In this document: piece after piece, positions 1-8,694 of the stretch
How positions within the stretch are numbered: the first letter of the stretch is position 1
How the letters are laid out: each line of letters opens with the position of its first letter
Position numbers and translations under genes: made by a program
DNA from: an uncultured archaeon
Lineage (GTDB): Archaea; Iainarchaeota; Iainarchaeia; Iainarchaeales; VGJJ01
Assembly (NCBI GenBank): GCA_964557045.1
Contig: CAZKYB010000002.1
Location: 1,212 to 65,211, forward strand
Direction: 5' to 3'
DNA: 64,000 nt
Notes under the pieces: model-generated
Seen by the model: only the letters and a program-made list of their open reading frames with translations
Told to the model about the DNA's origin: nothing
Databases searched by the model: none

Positions 1-1046
1 TTTTCCACATCAATCAACAATACACACGCGTCTTTTCCATTCGTCCACTCAAAATGCCGGCGAATCGAGAAGTCGTGCTCCTCCAAGGTATTCACAAACT
101 TGGAATTGACACGATACAACTGTCCCCAGACCACGTCTTCCAATTCTTCCTTTGGATAGGCGAACTGTAGCCCTACGATTTCTTCTTTCTGCAGGAGAGA
201 TTTGATTTTTTGGAGAGGAAGCCCCTTTTCCTGATGCGCGAAAAAGAATGACTCCTTGGGCTTCTTCAAAAAGGAACGCGCCGCGGCAATCATCCGCGCG
301 AACTGGTTGTGGGAGAGTGCCCCGGCCACGTTGCGCGTGGAGTCCGTGGGATCCACCACCACTAAGAATGATTTAGGAAAGCGATGCCACACGGCCGGGG
401 AATTGGCATAATACTTTTCTAGGTCGATTACGGTGGGATCTCTCCACGTGGACATTCCTTCGAGGGCTTTCTCGAAGGTCCCATACTGAAGGATGAGAAT
501 CTCAACCAAGTATCCCGGAACTCCTTGCATCTTGACATCGGCTCCATACGCAGATATCCCCTTGAGGAATTGCTTGAGCAGGCGGACTTCCCCTTTTTGT
601 TTCTCAGAAAGTTTCTTCTGCATGTACGCCGCGTGAAAGGGCGTGCGATCCACCGCGGAGAGTTTCTCGTGGGCCTTTTCCACTTTGTATGTGGGAACAA
701 TCTCCACCTTGTATCCGTCAATGACCCCGCGCACGTAGGGGTGTTCACTGTAGGCTTCCTCGTGGAAGTTTTTACCAAAGATTAAATGACCTAACTTCAA
801 CCCGGCAGACTGAAACTTATCTCGCGAGAGAGTAGGGGAGTAGAATACGAAAATATCCAAGTCGCGATCCCCCTTCAAGTGGGTTTCACGTGCGATGGAA
901 CCGGCCAACACCGCCCCCACGTGGGGACCCTTGGAGGATTTGATCTTCTTCAAGAGCGAACGCACCATTTTTTCTTCCCCTTTCCGATCCGAAGGAGAGG
1001 GAGTAATCTTGCGCAATACTCCATTCAGCAACGCACGGGGAACCAT
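1..1046 (-). CDS. cca: Archaeal class I CCA-adding enzyme (runs off left edge)
   Basis: Not in the ORF track. Manual translation from ATG at 1046 gives MVPRALL...LAGSIARETHLKGDRDLDIFVF (nucleotidyltransferase GS...DxD motif), later VDPTDSTRNVAGAL and EDVVWGQL. Confidence 0.93.
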   Translation of the reverse strand, partial: MVPRALLNGVLRKITPSPSDRKGEEKMVRSLLKKIKSSKGPHVGAVLAGSIARETHLKGDRDLDIFVFYSPTLSRDKFQSAGLKLGHLIFGKNFHEEAYSEHPYVRGVIDGYKVEIVPTYKVEKAHEKLSAVDRTPFHAAYMQKKLSEKQKGEVRLLKQFLKGISAYGADVKMQGVPGYLVEILILQYGTFEKALEGMSTWRDPTVIDLEKYYANSPAVWHRFPKSFLVVVDPTDSTRNVAGALSHNQFARMIAAARSFLKKPKESFFFAHQEKGLPLQKIKSLLQKEEIVGLQFAYPKEELEDVVWGQLYRVNSKFVNTLEEHDFSIRRHFEWTNGKDACVLLIDVE

Positions 1047-1067
1047 ACCGCGAAACCACCACTCGGC

Positions 1068-1077
1068 TTAATATAAT
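1068..1077. promoter_or_regulatory. Shared TATA box between divergent cca and pilus ATPase genes
   Basis: TTAATATAAT lies about 20-30 nt from both start codons (1046 on -, 1097 on +). Confidence 0.6.
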
Positions 1078-1096
1078 CCGACGCTTTACTCGCGAA

Positions 1097-2662
1097 ATGA
1101 ATCCCACGAACAACCCCGTTGAAGGCGTCGTACTGGGACGCGGGCCCCATGCCATTATTCGAGAGGGATTCCCGTACAACCTCTATGATATCCACCGCGA
1201 CGAATTGAGCGAGGATGAGAAAAAACTCGCCCTCGCCCTCTCCTCCGCCCTCAACCGAAGCGCGCACACGGATGAATGGACCCAACTCATCCCCCCTAGT
1301 TTCCCCCGCACATTCCCGGGAGCATTCAAGACCCGTATTCTTTCCCTTTCAGATTCCATGGAGTTGGTTGAGAAACTTCCCGCAGACGAAGACTATGCGA
1401 TGCTCGCACGCAAGCTGAAGGAAATACTAGAAGAATACAAGGCCCCCGTGAAAAACATGGATGCCTTCATCACCCGCGTCTTGGATGACGGAATCGGATA
1501 CGGATACTTAGGCGAGCCCATGCGCGACCCCGACTTGGAAGAAGTCATGGTGAATGGCGCCACGCGCAACGTGTTCGTGTATCATCGGAAACACGGAATG
1601 TGTAAGACCGATATTCCCGTGGTCCCCCACGACGCCAGCATCCTTCGCATTGTATCCAAAGCGGCGAAGTTTGCAGGGAGAGGATTCGGGGATCGAGAAC
1701 CCCTGTTGGATGCACGCTTGCCCGATGGATCTCGACTGAATGCGACCTTTGAAACCGTCACTCCCTTTGGTCACTCCCTCACGATACGAAAATACACCTC
1801 GGAAAATCTCTCGATGGTGGAACTGATTGCTAAAGGAACCCTCTCAACGGAGCTCGCCGCGTTCCTCTGGATCATGGTGGAGGGAATGAATGTTCAACCC
1901 ATGAATTTGATTGTTACCGGTGGAAGCGGGTGCGGAAAAACGACCCTCTTGAATGCCCTCTCCACCGTTATCCGCTACCGGGAACGAATCATCTCCATCG
2001 AAGACACGACGGAGTTACAATTCAAGGGACGAGAAAATTGGGTGGCGATGGAGTCTCGCCCATCCATTGGAACGACGCAGGGAGTGAGCATGAATGATTT
2101 GCTCAAGAACTCCATGCGCATGCGACCCGACCGAATCATTGTGGGAGAAGTGCGCGGAGAGGAAGCCCAAACACTTTTCGTGGCCATGGACACCGGACAC
2201 CAAGGATGCTTGGGAACATTACACTCCAACACCGCCCGAGAGATGCTCGTCCGACTCACGACGGAACCCATGAATGTCCCTCAAACACTGGTGCACTTGC
2301 TCAACCTCATCGTGGTCCTGCAGAAAGTCTACGACCCCAAGGAAGGGATGAAACGCCGAGTCATGCAGGTCGCGGAAGTCACGCATTTGGATCAGAACGT
2401 GCTATTGTCCAATCTCTTCGAAAGAAACCCCGACACGGACGTTATCCTCCGCACGGACACCCCGTCGCACACCATGCAGGAGTTGGCCGACATTTCCGGG
2501 AAGAGCAAGACGAGAGTCATCCAGGAATTGGAAGTCCGAGAGAAGATTCTAGAATGGATGCTCAAACATAACATTCGCTCGGCGGTGGACGTGGAGAAGG
2601 TCATCCAGCAATACTATTTCGACCCCCAATCCGTACTTGAGCTTGTCAATCAGGACCTCTGA
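1097..2662 (+). CDS. CpaF/TadA/VirB11-family secretion or type IV pilus ATPase
   Basis: Walker A GGSGCGKTT, Asp box SIEDTTEL, Walker B RMRPDRIIVGEVRG, His box TGH..GTLH, LDARLPDGSR. Confidence 0.92.
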   Translation: MNPTNNPVEGVVLGRGPHAIIREGFPYNLYDIHRDELSEDEKKLALALSSALNRSAHTDEWTQLIPPSFPRTFPGAFKTRILSLSDSMELVEKLPADEDYAMLARKLKEILEEYKAPVKNMDAFITRVLDDGIGYGYLGEPMRDPDLEEVMVNGATRNVFVYHRKHGMCKTDIPVVPHDASILRIVSKAAKFAGRGFGDREPLLDARLPDGSRLNATFETVTPFGHSLTIRKYTSENLSMVELIAKGTLSTELAAFLWIMVEGMNVQPMNLIVTGGSGCGKTTLLNALSTVIRYRERIISIEDTTELQFKGRENWVAMESRPSIGTTQGVSMNDLLKNSMRMRPDRIIVGEVRGEEAQTLFVAMDTGHQGCLGTLHSNTAREMLVRLTTEPMNVPQTLVHLLNLIVVLQKVYDPKEGMKRRVMQVAEVTHLDQNVLLSNLFERNPDTDVILRTDTPSHTMQELADISGKSKTRVIQELEVREKILEWMLKHNIRSAVDVEKVIQQYYFDPQSVLELVNQDL

Positions 2663-2702
2663 AAACGGTGGATTTTTAACGAGTAAAAGCCTACTTGAGG
2701 AA

Positions 2703-3509
2703 ATGAAATCCCCTATTCTCTTGGCGTGTTTTTTGGTCCTAGTATCATTCGGAATGCTTGTCCATGCAGACGCGTCATTGGTTGATCCGGTCGTGGAGAA
2801 GGCCAAGCCCAATGGAATATTGGACGCCGGAAGCATCTCCCCCGGAGAAAAAGTCGAACTCATCTTTTCACGCAACTCAGGATATGGGAAAGACGTCCTG
2901 TGGAACCAAGCCATCCTCTCCCTCAATGGAAACGCCAATGGGATTCAAACCTTTGATTCCGAAGAGGGAAGCGAATCCCTCATCACGCGAATTCAAACCA
3001 GCCCCCTCACGCGAGAAGGGGATTACACCTTCAACGTGCAGCTCGTCGGAGAAGAAGGCGTGCTCGAAAATGAAATGTACACGGTCAAGTTGAGCGTGAA
3101 AAAAGGATTATTGAAAGGAAGCCTCTCCGCGGAAAACGTGCAGGGGCGAGTCAACCAACCGTTGAGTTTTACCGTATTATTAGTGAACGATTCCTCCGCC
3201 CCCGTGAACGTATTGGTGCAACCGGCCCTCCCCACGGTTTGGAGCGAGGCACAAACCATTGCCATGAAGCCCCATTCTTTTGTTACCGTGCCCATTGTGG
3301 TGGTTCCTCGATTTGCGGGACCCAAGACGTTTGACATTACCCTTGTGCGCACGGATAATCGCGCGACGGTGGACACACTCCACGCCACATTAGTAGCCAA
3401 CCCCACATTGAAAGACCGGTATTCGGCGGGACTGTATGGGTTTCCCTTCTTCGCCGTGTCGTTGGTTTCCCACTACCTGGCGAATGCATTCTTCAGCTTC
3501 TTGCTCTGA
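2703..3509 (+). CDS. Secreted beta-rich (Ig-like) protein with C-terminal membrane anchor
   Basis: Signal peptide MKSPILLACFLVLVSFGMLVHA, beta-strand-rich body, hydrophobic C-terminus. Start moved to ATG 2703 behind TTTTTAA. Confidence 0.7.
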   Translation: MKSPILLACFLVLVSFGMLVHADASLVDPVVEKAKPNGILDAGSISPGEKVELIFSRNSGYGKDVLWNQAILSLNGNANGIQTFDSEEGSESLITRIQTSPLTREGDYTFNVQLVGEEGVLENEMYTVKLSVKKGLLKGSLSAENVQGRVNQPLSFTVLLVNDSSAPVNVLVQPALPTVWSEAQTIAMKPHSFVTVPIVVVPRFAGPKTFDITLVRTDNRATVDTLHATLVANPTLKDRYSAGLYGFPFFAVSLVSHYLANAFFSFLL

Positions 3510-3552
3510 AAACAGGGGCTGTTTTTTAGCCCTTCCGGGAGCCATTCATTGA

Positions 3553-5154
3553 ATGACCAACCCGACGGATACCCCTGCCAAGACTGCCCAGCTGGCTCGG
3601 CGCATCCACGAAGAGATGACGAAGGGGAAAATTAACACCGTCGCCCAGCTCAACCAGAAGAAAAGAGAACTCGCGGATGGGTTAAACCTCAAACACCTCC
3701 CAACGAATCCGGACCTACTCCCTATAATCCAAACCATTGCACCCCTTAAGCAAGAACAAATGGAAATGTTCGCCATCAAACCCGTCCGAAACATCTCCGG
3801 GGTTGCTGTGCTCGCAGCGATGGTCAAACCTCACATTTGTCCACATGGGACGTGTACGTATTGCCCGAAAGGACTCCATCACCCGGCCCCTCCCGCCTAC
3901 ACCGGAGACGAACCGGCTGCGCAGCGAGGGTACCGGAATGACTTCGACCCATTCAAGCAAGTTTACTCGCGCATCGACCAGCTCCAACGCACGGGACAGA
4001 GCACCGACAAGTGTGAGCTCATCATCATGGGGGGAACCTTCCTCTCCATGCCGGAAGAATACCAGTATTATTTCATGCGCGGCTGTTTAGATGGAATATC
4101 CGGAACGCCGCATGACTCTCTTGTCGAGAGTGTAAAGGCCTGCGAGACATCCCCCAATCGAGTGATAGGAATCACCATGGAAACCCGACCGGATGTGGCC
4201 AAGATGAGTGATATCACCCGCATGCTCGAATGGGGCACCACACGCGTGGAGATGGGAGTGCAGTCCGTGTATGATGACGTGCTGCAAACCCTCAACCGGC
4301 AGCACACCATCCAAACCACCATTGATTCGACGCAACGACTGAAGGATTCCTGCTTGAAGGTGGGATATCACATGATGAGCAAGCTCCCGGGATCCACCCT
4401 CGAACGCGACCTGCAAGCCCATTTGGAAGTGTTTCAAAACCCCAACTTCAAACCGGACATGATTAAATTGTACCCCCTGGCCGTCGTGGAGAACACCGCG
4501 CTGTATCCGAAGATGATGCGAGGAGAATACACCCCGATTACGGAAGAGGAAGCCATCACATTCTACTCGAAAGTCAAGGCCGCCGCTCCGGAATGGATTC
4601 GTATTATGCGTGTGCAGCGAGACATTCCCTCGCAGAATATTTCGGCCGGGGTCAAGAAAACCAATTTGAGACAATTGGTGAATGAGCGCATGAAAGAAGA
4701 AGGAACCCAGTGTCGCTGTATCCGCTGCCGAGAGGTCGGATTCAAGCGCACCCGAGAAGGATTGACTCCCAAAAAGATTGAATTGGTGCGAAGAGACTAT
4801 GAAGCATCCAAGGGAAAGGAAATCTTTCTTTCCTATGAGGATGTGGAGCAGGATATTTTGATTGGATTCACCCGCCTGCGCATCCCCCATCAACCCACCC
4901 TCACTGAGTTAGAAAACTCGGCGTACATTCGCGAATTGCACGTGTATGGGCAGTCCATCCCCTTAGGAGAGCAAATCCAAAAGAGTGGACAGCACAAGGG
5001 GTTAGGAAAGAAACTCCTCGCGGAAGCCGAAAGAGTGGCCCAGGAAGAATTTGGACTCAAAACAATGAACATTATTGCTGGAATTGGCGTGCGAGAATAC
5101 TACCGCAAACTCGGCTACACACAAAACGGCTCCTTCGTGGCGAAGAACCTCTAA
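3553..5154 (+). CDS. elp3: Elp3 tRNA U34 carboxymethyltransferase (radical SAM + GNAT)
   Basis: CPHGTCTYCP, MGGTF, ETRPD, CRCIRCRE, IRELHVYG, QHKGLGKKLL, GVREYYRKLGY. Confidence 0.96.
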   Translation: MTNPTDTPAKTAQLARRIHEEMTKGKINTVAQLNQKKRELADGLNLKHLPTNPDLLPIIQTIAPLKQEQMEMFAIKPVRNISGVAVLAAMVKPHICPHGTCTYCPKGLHHPAPPAYTGDEPAAQRGYRNDFDPFKQVYSRIDQLQRTGQSTDKCELIIMGGTFLSMPEEYQYYFMRGCLDGISGTPHDSLVESVKACETSPNRVIGITMETRPDVAKMSDITRMLEWGTTRVEMGVQSVYDDVLQTLNRQHTIQTTIDSTQRLKDSCLKVGYHMMSKLPGSTLERDLQAHLEVFQNPNFKPDMIKLYPLAVVENTALYPKMMRGEYTPITEEEAITFYSKVKAAAPEWIRIMRVQRDIPSQNISAGVKKTNLRQLVNERMKEEGTQCRCIRCREVGFKRTREGLTPKKIELVRRDYEASKGKEIFLSYEDVEQDILIGFTRLRIPHQPTLTELENSAYIRELHVYGQSIPLGEQIQKSGQHKGLGKKLLAEAERVAQEEFGLKTMNIIAGIGVREYYRKLGYTQNGSFVAKNL

Positions 5155-5188
5155 AATCATTAATAAGGGACGGATTTCTCCCACTTTC

Positions 5189-5560
5189 ATGCTTGAATTT
5201 TTCATGGGACTCATCATCCTCCTCCTCGCAGGGGCGTGCTTCTTCCTCTATCGGCGCATTCAGGAGCTTTCCTCGTATGCCAACCAATTATCCTTCTCCA
5301 AGCAATCCCAATCGGTAAAGTATGGGAAGATGAGTGAGAACTGGATCCCCCTCTCGGAGAAATTCCCCTACGATAAGGAGAAGTTTCGCTTCCTGGGAAA
5401 CCCCATCGATGGAATTGCCTTCCTGGATGACAAGATCGTATTCTGCGAATTCAAGGCTAATACGTCCCGACTCTCAACGAACCAGGAAAACATCAAGGAA
5501 TTGGTGAAAAGCAAGAAAGTAGAGTGGATGGAATACCGAATTCCATCTGAAAAAGAATAG
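5189..5560 (+). CDS. Membrane-anchored Holliday-junction-resolvase-like PD-(D/E)xK nuclease
   Basis: N-terminal TM helix, then GKMSENWIP, RFLGNPIDGIAF, FCEFK. Start at ATG 5189 (track start overlaps elp3). Confidence 0.8.
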   Translation: MLEFFMGLIILLLAGACFFLYRRIQELSSYANQLSFSKQSQSVKYGKMSENWIPLSEKFPYDKEKFRFLGNPIDGIAFLDDKIVFCEFKANTSRLSTNQENIKELVKSKKVEWMEYRIPSEKE

Positions 5561-5571
5561 AGAAAAAACGA

Positions 5572-6621
5572 TTATTCAAATCGATACCGCAGTAGCGCAG
5601 CAATTCCACTTAGGCCTTCGAGCTGTTTTCCCGGCTCGTGCTTGACATCCAACACGTACGCTATAATTCCCGATTGGTGACAATACTCCTGCAGGGCCGA
5701 GGACTTCTCACGACTGGAATGGTCAAACGTAGAGGAGATTAACACCGTGTGAGCCGCCCCTACTTTCACCGCACGCTCAACATGAGAAAAACCATACGCA
5801 GAAAGACCGTCGTCCTTTCCCAGATGCAATAAAACTTCCTGCATCAACGAGGCCTCTTTGGCCAGGCGTGATTCCCCGAGGGCTTTGGCGATGGATTGGC
5901 TTGAAAGGGCCTCTCGCATCCCTTTCTCCCCCGTGTTGGTGGTGGCCACGGAGAGGAATTGCTTAGGATTCGTCTTGGGATTTCGCTCCTGCAAATACTT
6001 CACCAAGGATTCCCGCGTGAAACCCGGACCCGCAAGGATGATGGTGGGCAAAGGAGACGCAAAAATGATTTCTGCAAGCTTGGCAAAATACTTTTCCTCG
6101 TTGGATTCATTCTGGTATTGCTTCCCTGATTTTTGCGCATCAATCACCCCCACCTCCTTCAACCCTGAACTCGACACTTGAATGAGGCGCGCCTCTTCAT
6201 CATCCAACACCACACTAAAGTATAGCGGCTTTTGAGAATCTTTTTCGTATTGTTTGATCTTCTCAATCTCGTGCGAGAGCCACTCTTTCTTGGTGATGGA
6301 AATAGGGGTGTAGAGACCGAACACTAAGGAGTGGTGCGCATGCAACTCCACAAACTCCGCCGGGGAACCCTCCTCGATAGAACCGGAAACGCGTAAGGAG
6401 GGAGTGGACTCATCCACTTCGGTGCTGTTCACCTTGATCAACAACTTCATCGGTAAACGGAAGGCCTTTTGCCCGGCTTCCTTGGGTTTGATGGCCCGGT
6501 CGGTTTCCCCAAACACCAAATCCCCCTCCCGGATGAGGGAGGCCACAAAGGGGAAATCGTCCGAGGAATGACACTCGACTACGATTCGCTTCTCCAATGC
6601 ACTCAGACGTAAAATCCTCAT
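5572..6621 (-). CDS. pelA: aPelota/Dom34 ribosome rescue factor
   Basis: eRF1-like: GDLV..T.R, LRVSG.I, HHSL, ILAGPGF, AYG, HEPGKQLEGLSGIAALLRY. Confidence 0.92.
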   Translation of the reverse strand: MRILRLSALEKRIVVECHSSDDFPFVASLIREGDLVFGETDRAIKPKEAGQKAFRLPMKLLIKVNSTEVDESTPSLRVSGSIEEGSPAEFVELHAHHSLVFGLYTPISITKKEWLSHEIEKIKQYEKDSQKPLYFSVVLDDEEARLIQVSSSGLKEVGVIDAQKSGKQYQNESNEEKYFAKLAEIIFASPLPTIILAGPGFTRESLVKYLQERNPKTNPKQFLSVATTNTGEKGMREALSSQSIAKALGESRLAKEASLMQEVLLHLGKDDGLSAYGFSHVERAVKVGAAHTVLISSTFDHSSREKSSALQEYCHQSGIIAYVLDVKHEPGKQLEGLSGIAALLRYRFE

Positions 6622-6677
6622 TTCTAAGGCATGGGTCGAGCGTTGTTTAAAATAGCCATCCGGCCCCAAATACGTGT

Positions 6678-6875
6678 ATGCGCACCCTCTCCAAGATTGG
6701 ATGGTTCACCCTAGCCGTGGCCGCTCTCCTAGTAATGGGGGGACTGGCCCACTACGGATTGTTCACGGATGCCGGCATCGCCCTCGGAAGAGTCATCGGG
6801 ACCCTATTTTGGGGGGCCATCCTGTGGGGAGGAATCCTCCTCGCCCTCATGGCCGTACTCTTCCTCCAGGCGTGA
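6678..6875 (+). CDS. Small two-TM membrane protein, unknown function
   Basis: 65 aa with two hydrophobic segments, TATA at 6646-6654, ends 15 nt before ABCE1. Confidence 0.65.
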   Translation: MRTLSKIGWFTLAVAALLVMGGLAHYGLFTDAGIALGRVIGTLFWGAILWGGILLALMAVLFLQA

Positions 6876-6890
6876 GGGAGCTAACTATCT

Positions 6891-8666
6891 ATGTCTCTCA
6901 AGCGAATCGCCGTCATTGACCATAACAAGTGCTACCCCGACAAGTGCGGGTGGGTCTGTCAGAAGAAGTGTCCCGTGAACCGAGCCGGACAGGACTGTAT
7001 CACGCAAGACACCGTTAAGGTAAAAGCCGTCATTTCGGAAGAACTCTGCACGGGGTGTGGGATTTGCCCCCGCGTCTGTCCGTTTGGAGCGATTACTATC
7101 ATCAACCTGGACGTGGACTTTGGGGACCCCATCCATTCGTATGGGAAAAACGCCTTCCGATTGCACCGACTTCCCCTCCCCCAGAATGGGAAGGTGGTTG
7201 GGATTGTTGGACGGAATGGAACCGGAAAAACAACCGCCATTTCCATTCTCTCTGGACAACTCACGCCCAACCTGGGAGACTACGAAGGAACCGCCTCCTA
7301 TGAGAAAGCACTAGAAAAGTTCCGAGGAAAAGAACTCCACACCCTCTTCTCCAAAATCTCCCAAAAGAAACAAGTCCTCTCGGTCAAGCCCCAGATGGTG
7401 GAAAAAATTCCCCTCGTACACAAGGGAACCGTACGCGAATTACTCCACCCCATCAACCCTGCTAAGTATGACCGCGTGATTGAAGAATTGGGATTGACCA
7501 ACGTCACGCAGCGAGAAATCAAACAACTCTCGGGAGGAGAATTACAGAAGGTGGCAATTGCGGCTGCGGCATTGAAGGATGCATCTACGTATTTTATCGA
7601 CGAACCCTCCTCGTATCTGGACATACGTGAACGATTGCGCGCCGCGGGATTCATTCGCAATTTATTGACGGATGAAAAGAGTGTCATCGCAGTGGAACAC
7701 GACCTGGTTTTGTTGGACTACCTCTCGGATAGTGTTCACCTCATGTTTGGCACCCCCGCCGTATTCGGAGTCGTATCCTCCGTCCACCCCACGCGTGAAG
7801 GAATCAACCTCTACCTGGAAGGATATGCCAAGGACGAAAACTACCGCTTTCGTGACCACCCCATCACGTTCATGGAAAAGGGAGCGCGAGACATCAAGAA
7901 GCAGCAATCCCTCCTGCACTGGCCCGCATTCAACGTGAAACAGGGAGAGTTCTCCCTGAACGTGGAGGCGGGAAGCCTCTCCACGCATCAAAGCGTCGGA
8001 ATCCTGGGACCGAATGGGATCGGAAAAACCACCTTCGTGAAAGTACTCGCAGGAATCCTCCAACCCGCCGAAGGACCCTTGCCCCAACGATTGCCGGTGG
8101 CGTACAAACCCCAGTATTTGGAAACCACCCCCCACACGACGGTGGAGGAATTCCTCCATGGGAAGCTCGCTCCGGACATGCGAGAAGCTAAACATCTCCT
8201 CATTGAGCCGTTGCATTTGCCCTCATTGTATGAGAAACAACTCGACACGCTCTCCGGAGGAGAATTGCAGCGCGTGGCAATCGCGGCGGCGCTGGGATCC
8301 GACGCTCCACTGGTGCTGTTGGACGAACCCTCCGCCATGCTGGACGTGGAACAACGATTGCAGGTGGCAAAGGTCATTCGAAACGTGGTGGATAACACCG
8401 AGCGAAGCGTCCTGACCGTGGACCACGACCTCATGTTCATGGATTACGTCTCGGACCGACTATTATTGTTCGACGGAGACCCCGGAAAGAAAGGACACGT
8501 GAGGGGGCCCCTGAGCATGGAAGAAGGAATGAATGGATTATTGTCCCAACTAGGAATCACCGTGCGACGAGACCAGAACACGAAAAGACCGCGCATCAAC
8601 AAGCTCGGAAGCGTCAAGGACACGGAACAGAAGCGCGCGAACGAATACTATTACACGAAGGCATAA
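6891..8666 (+). CDS. abcE1: ABCE1/RLI ribosome recycling ATPase
   Basis: N-terminal Fe-S Cys motifs (CYPDKCGWVCQKKCP, CTGCGICPRVCP); two ABC domains with LSGGELQ; RPRINK. Confidence 0.97.
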   Translation: MSLKRIAVIDHNKCYPDKCGWVCQKKCPVNRAGQDCITQDTVKVKAVISEELCTGCGICPRVCPFGAITIINLDVDFGDPIHSYGKNAFRLHRLPLPQNGKVVGIVGRNGTGKTTAISILSGQLTPNLGDYEGTASYEKALEKFRGKELHTLFSKISQKKQVLSVKPQMVEKIPLVHKGTVRELLHPINPAKYDRVIEELGLTNVTQREIKQLSGGELQKVAIAAAALKDASTYFIDEPSSYLDIRERLRAAGFIRNLLTDEKSVIAVEHDLVLLDYLSDSVHLMFGTPAVFGVVSSVHPTREGINLYLEGYAKDENYRFRDHPITFMEKGARDIKKQQSLLHWPAFNVKQGEFSLNVEAGSLSTHQSVGILGPNGIGKTTFVKVLAGILQPAEGPLPQRLPVAYKPQYLETTPHTTVEEFLHGKLAPDMREAKHLLIEPLHLPSLYEKQLDTLSGGELQRVAIAAALGSDAPLVLLDEPSAMLDVEQRLQVAKVIRNVVDNTERSVLTVDHDLMFMDYVSDRLLLFDGDPGKKGHVRGPLSMEEGMNGLLSQLGITVRRDQNTKRPRINKLGSVKDTEQKRANEYYYTKA

Positions 8667-8694
8667 TTATTAATCAATTCCACCCAATCACACC

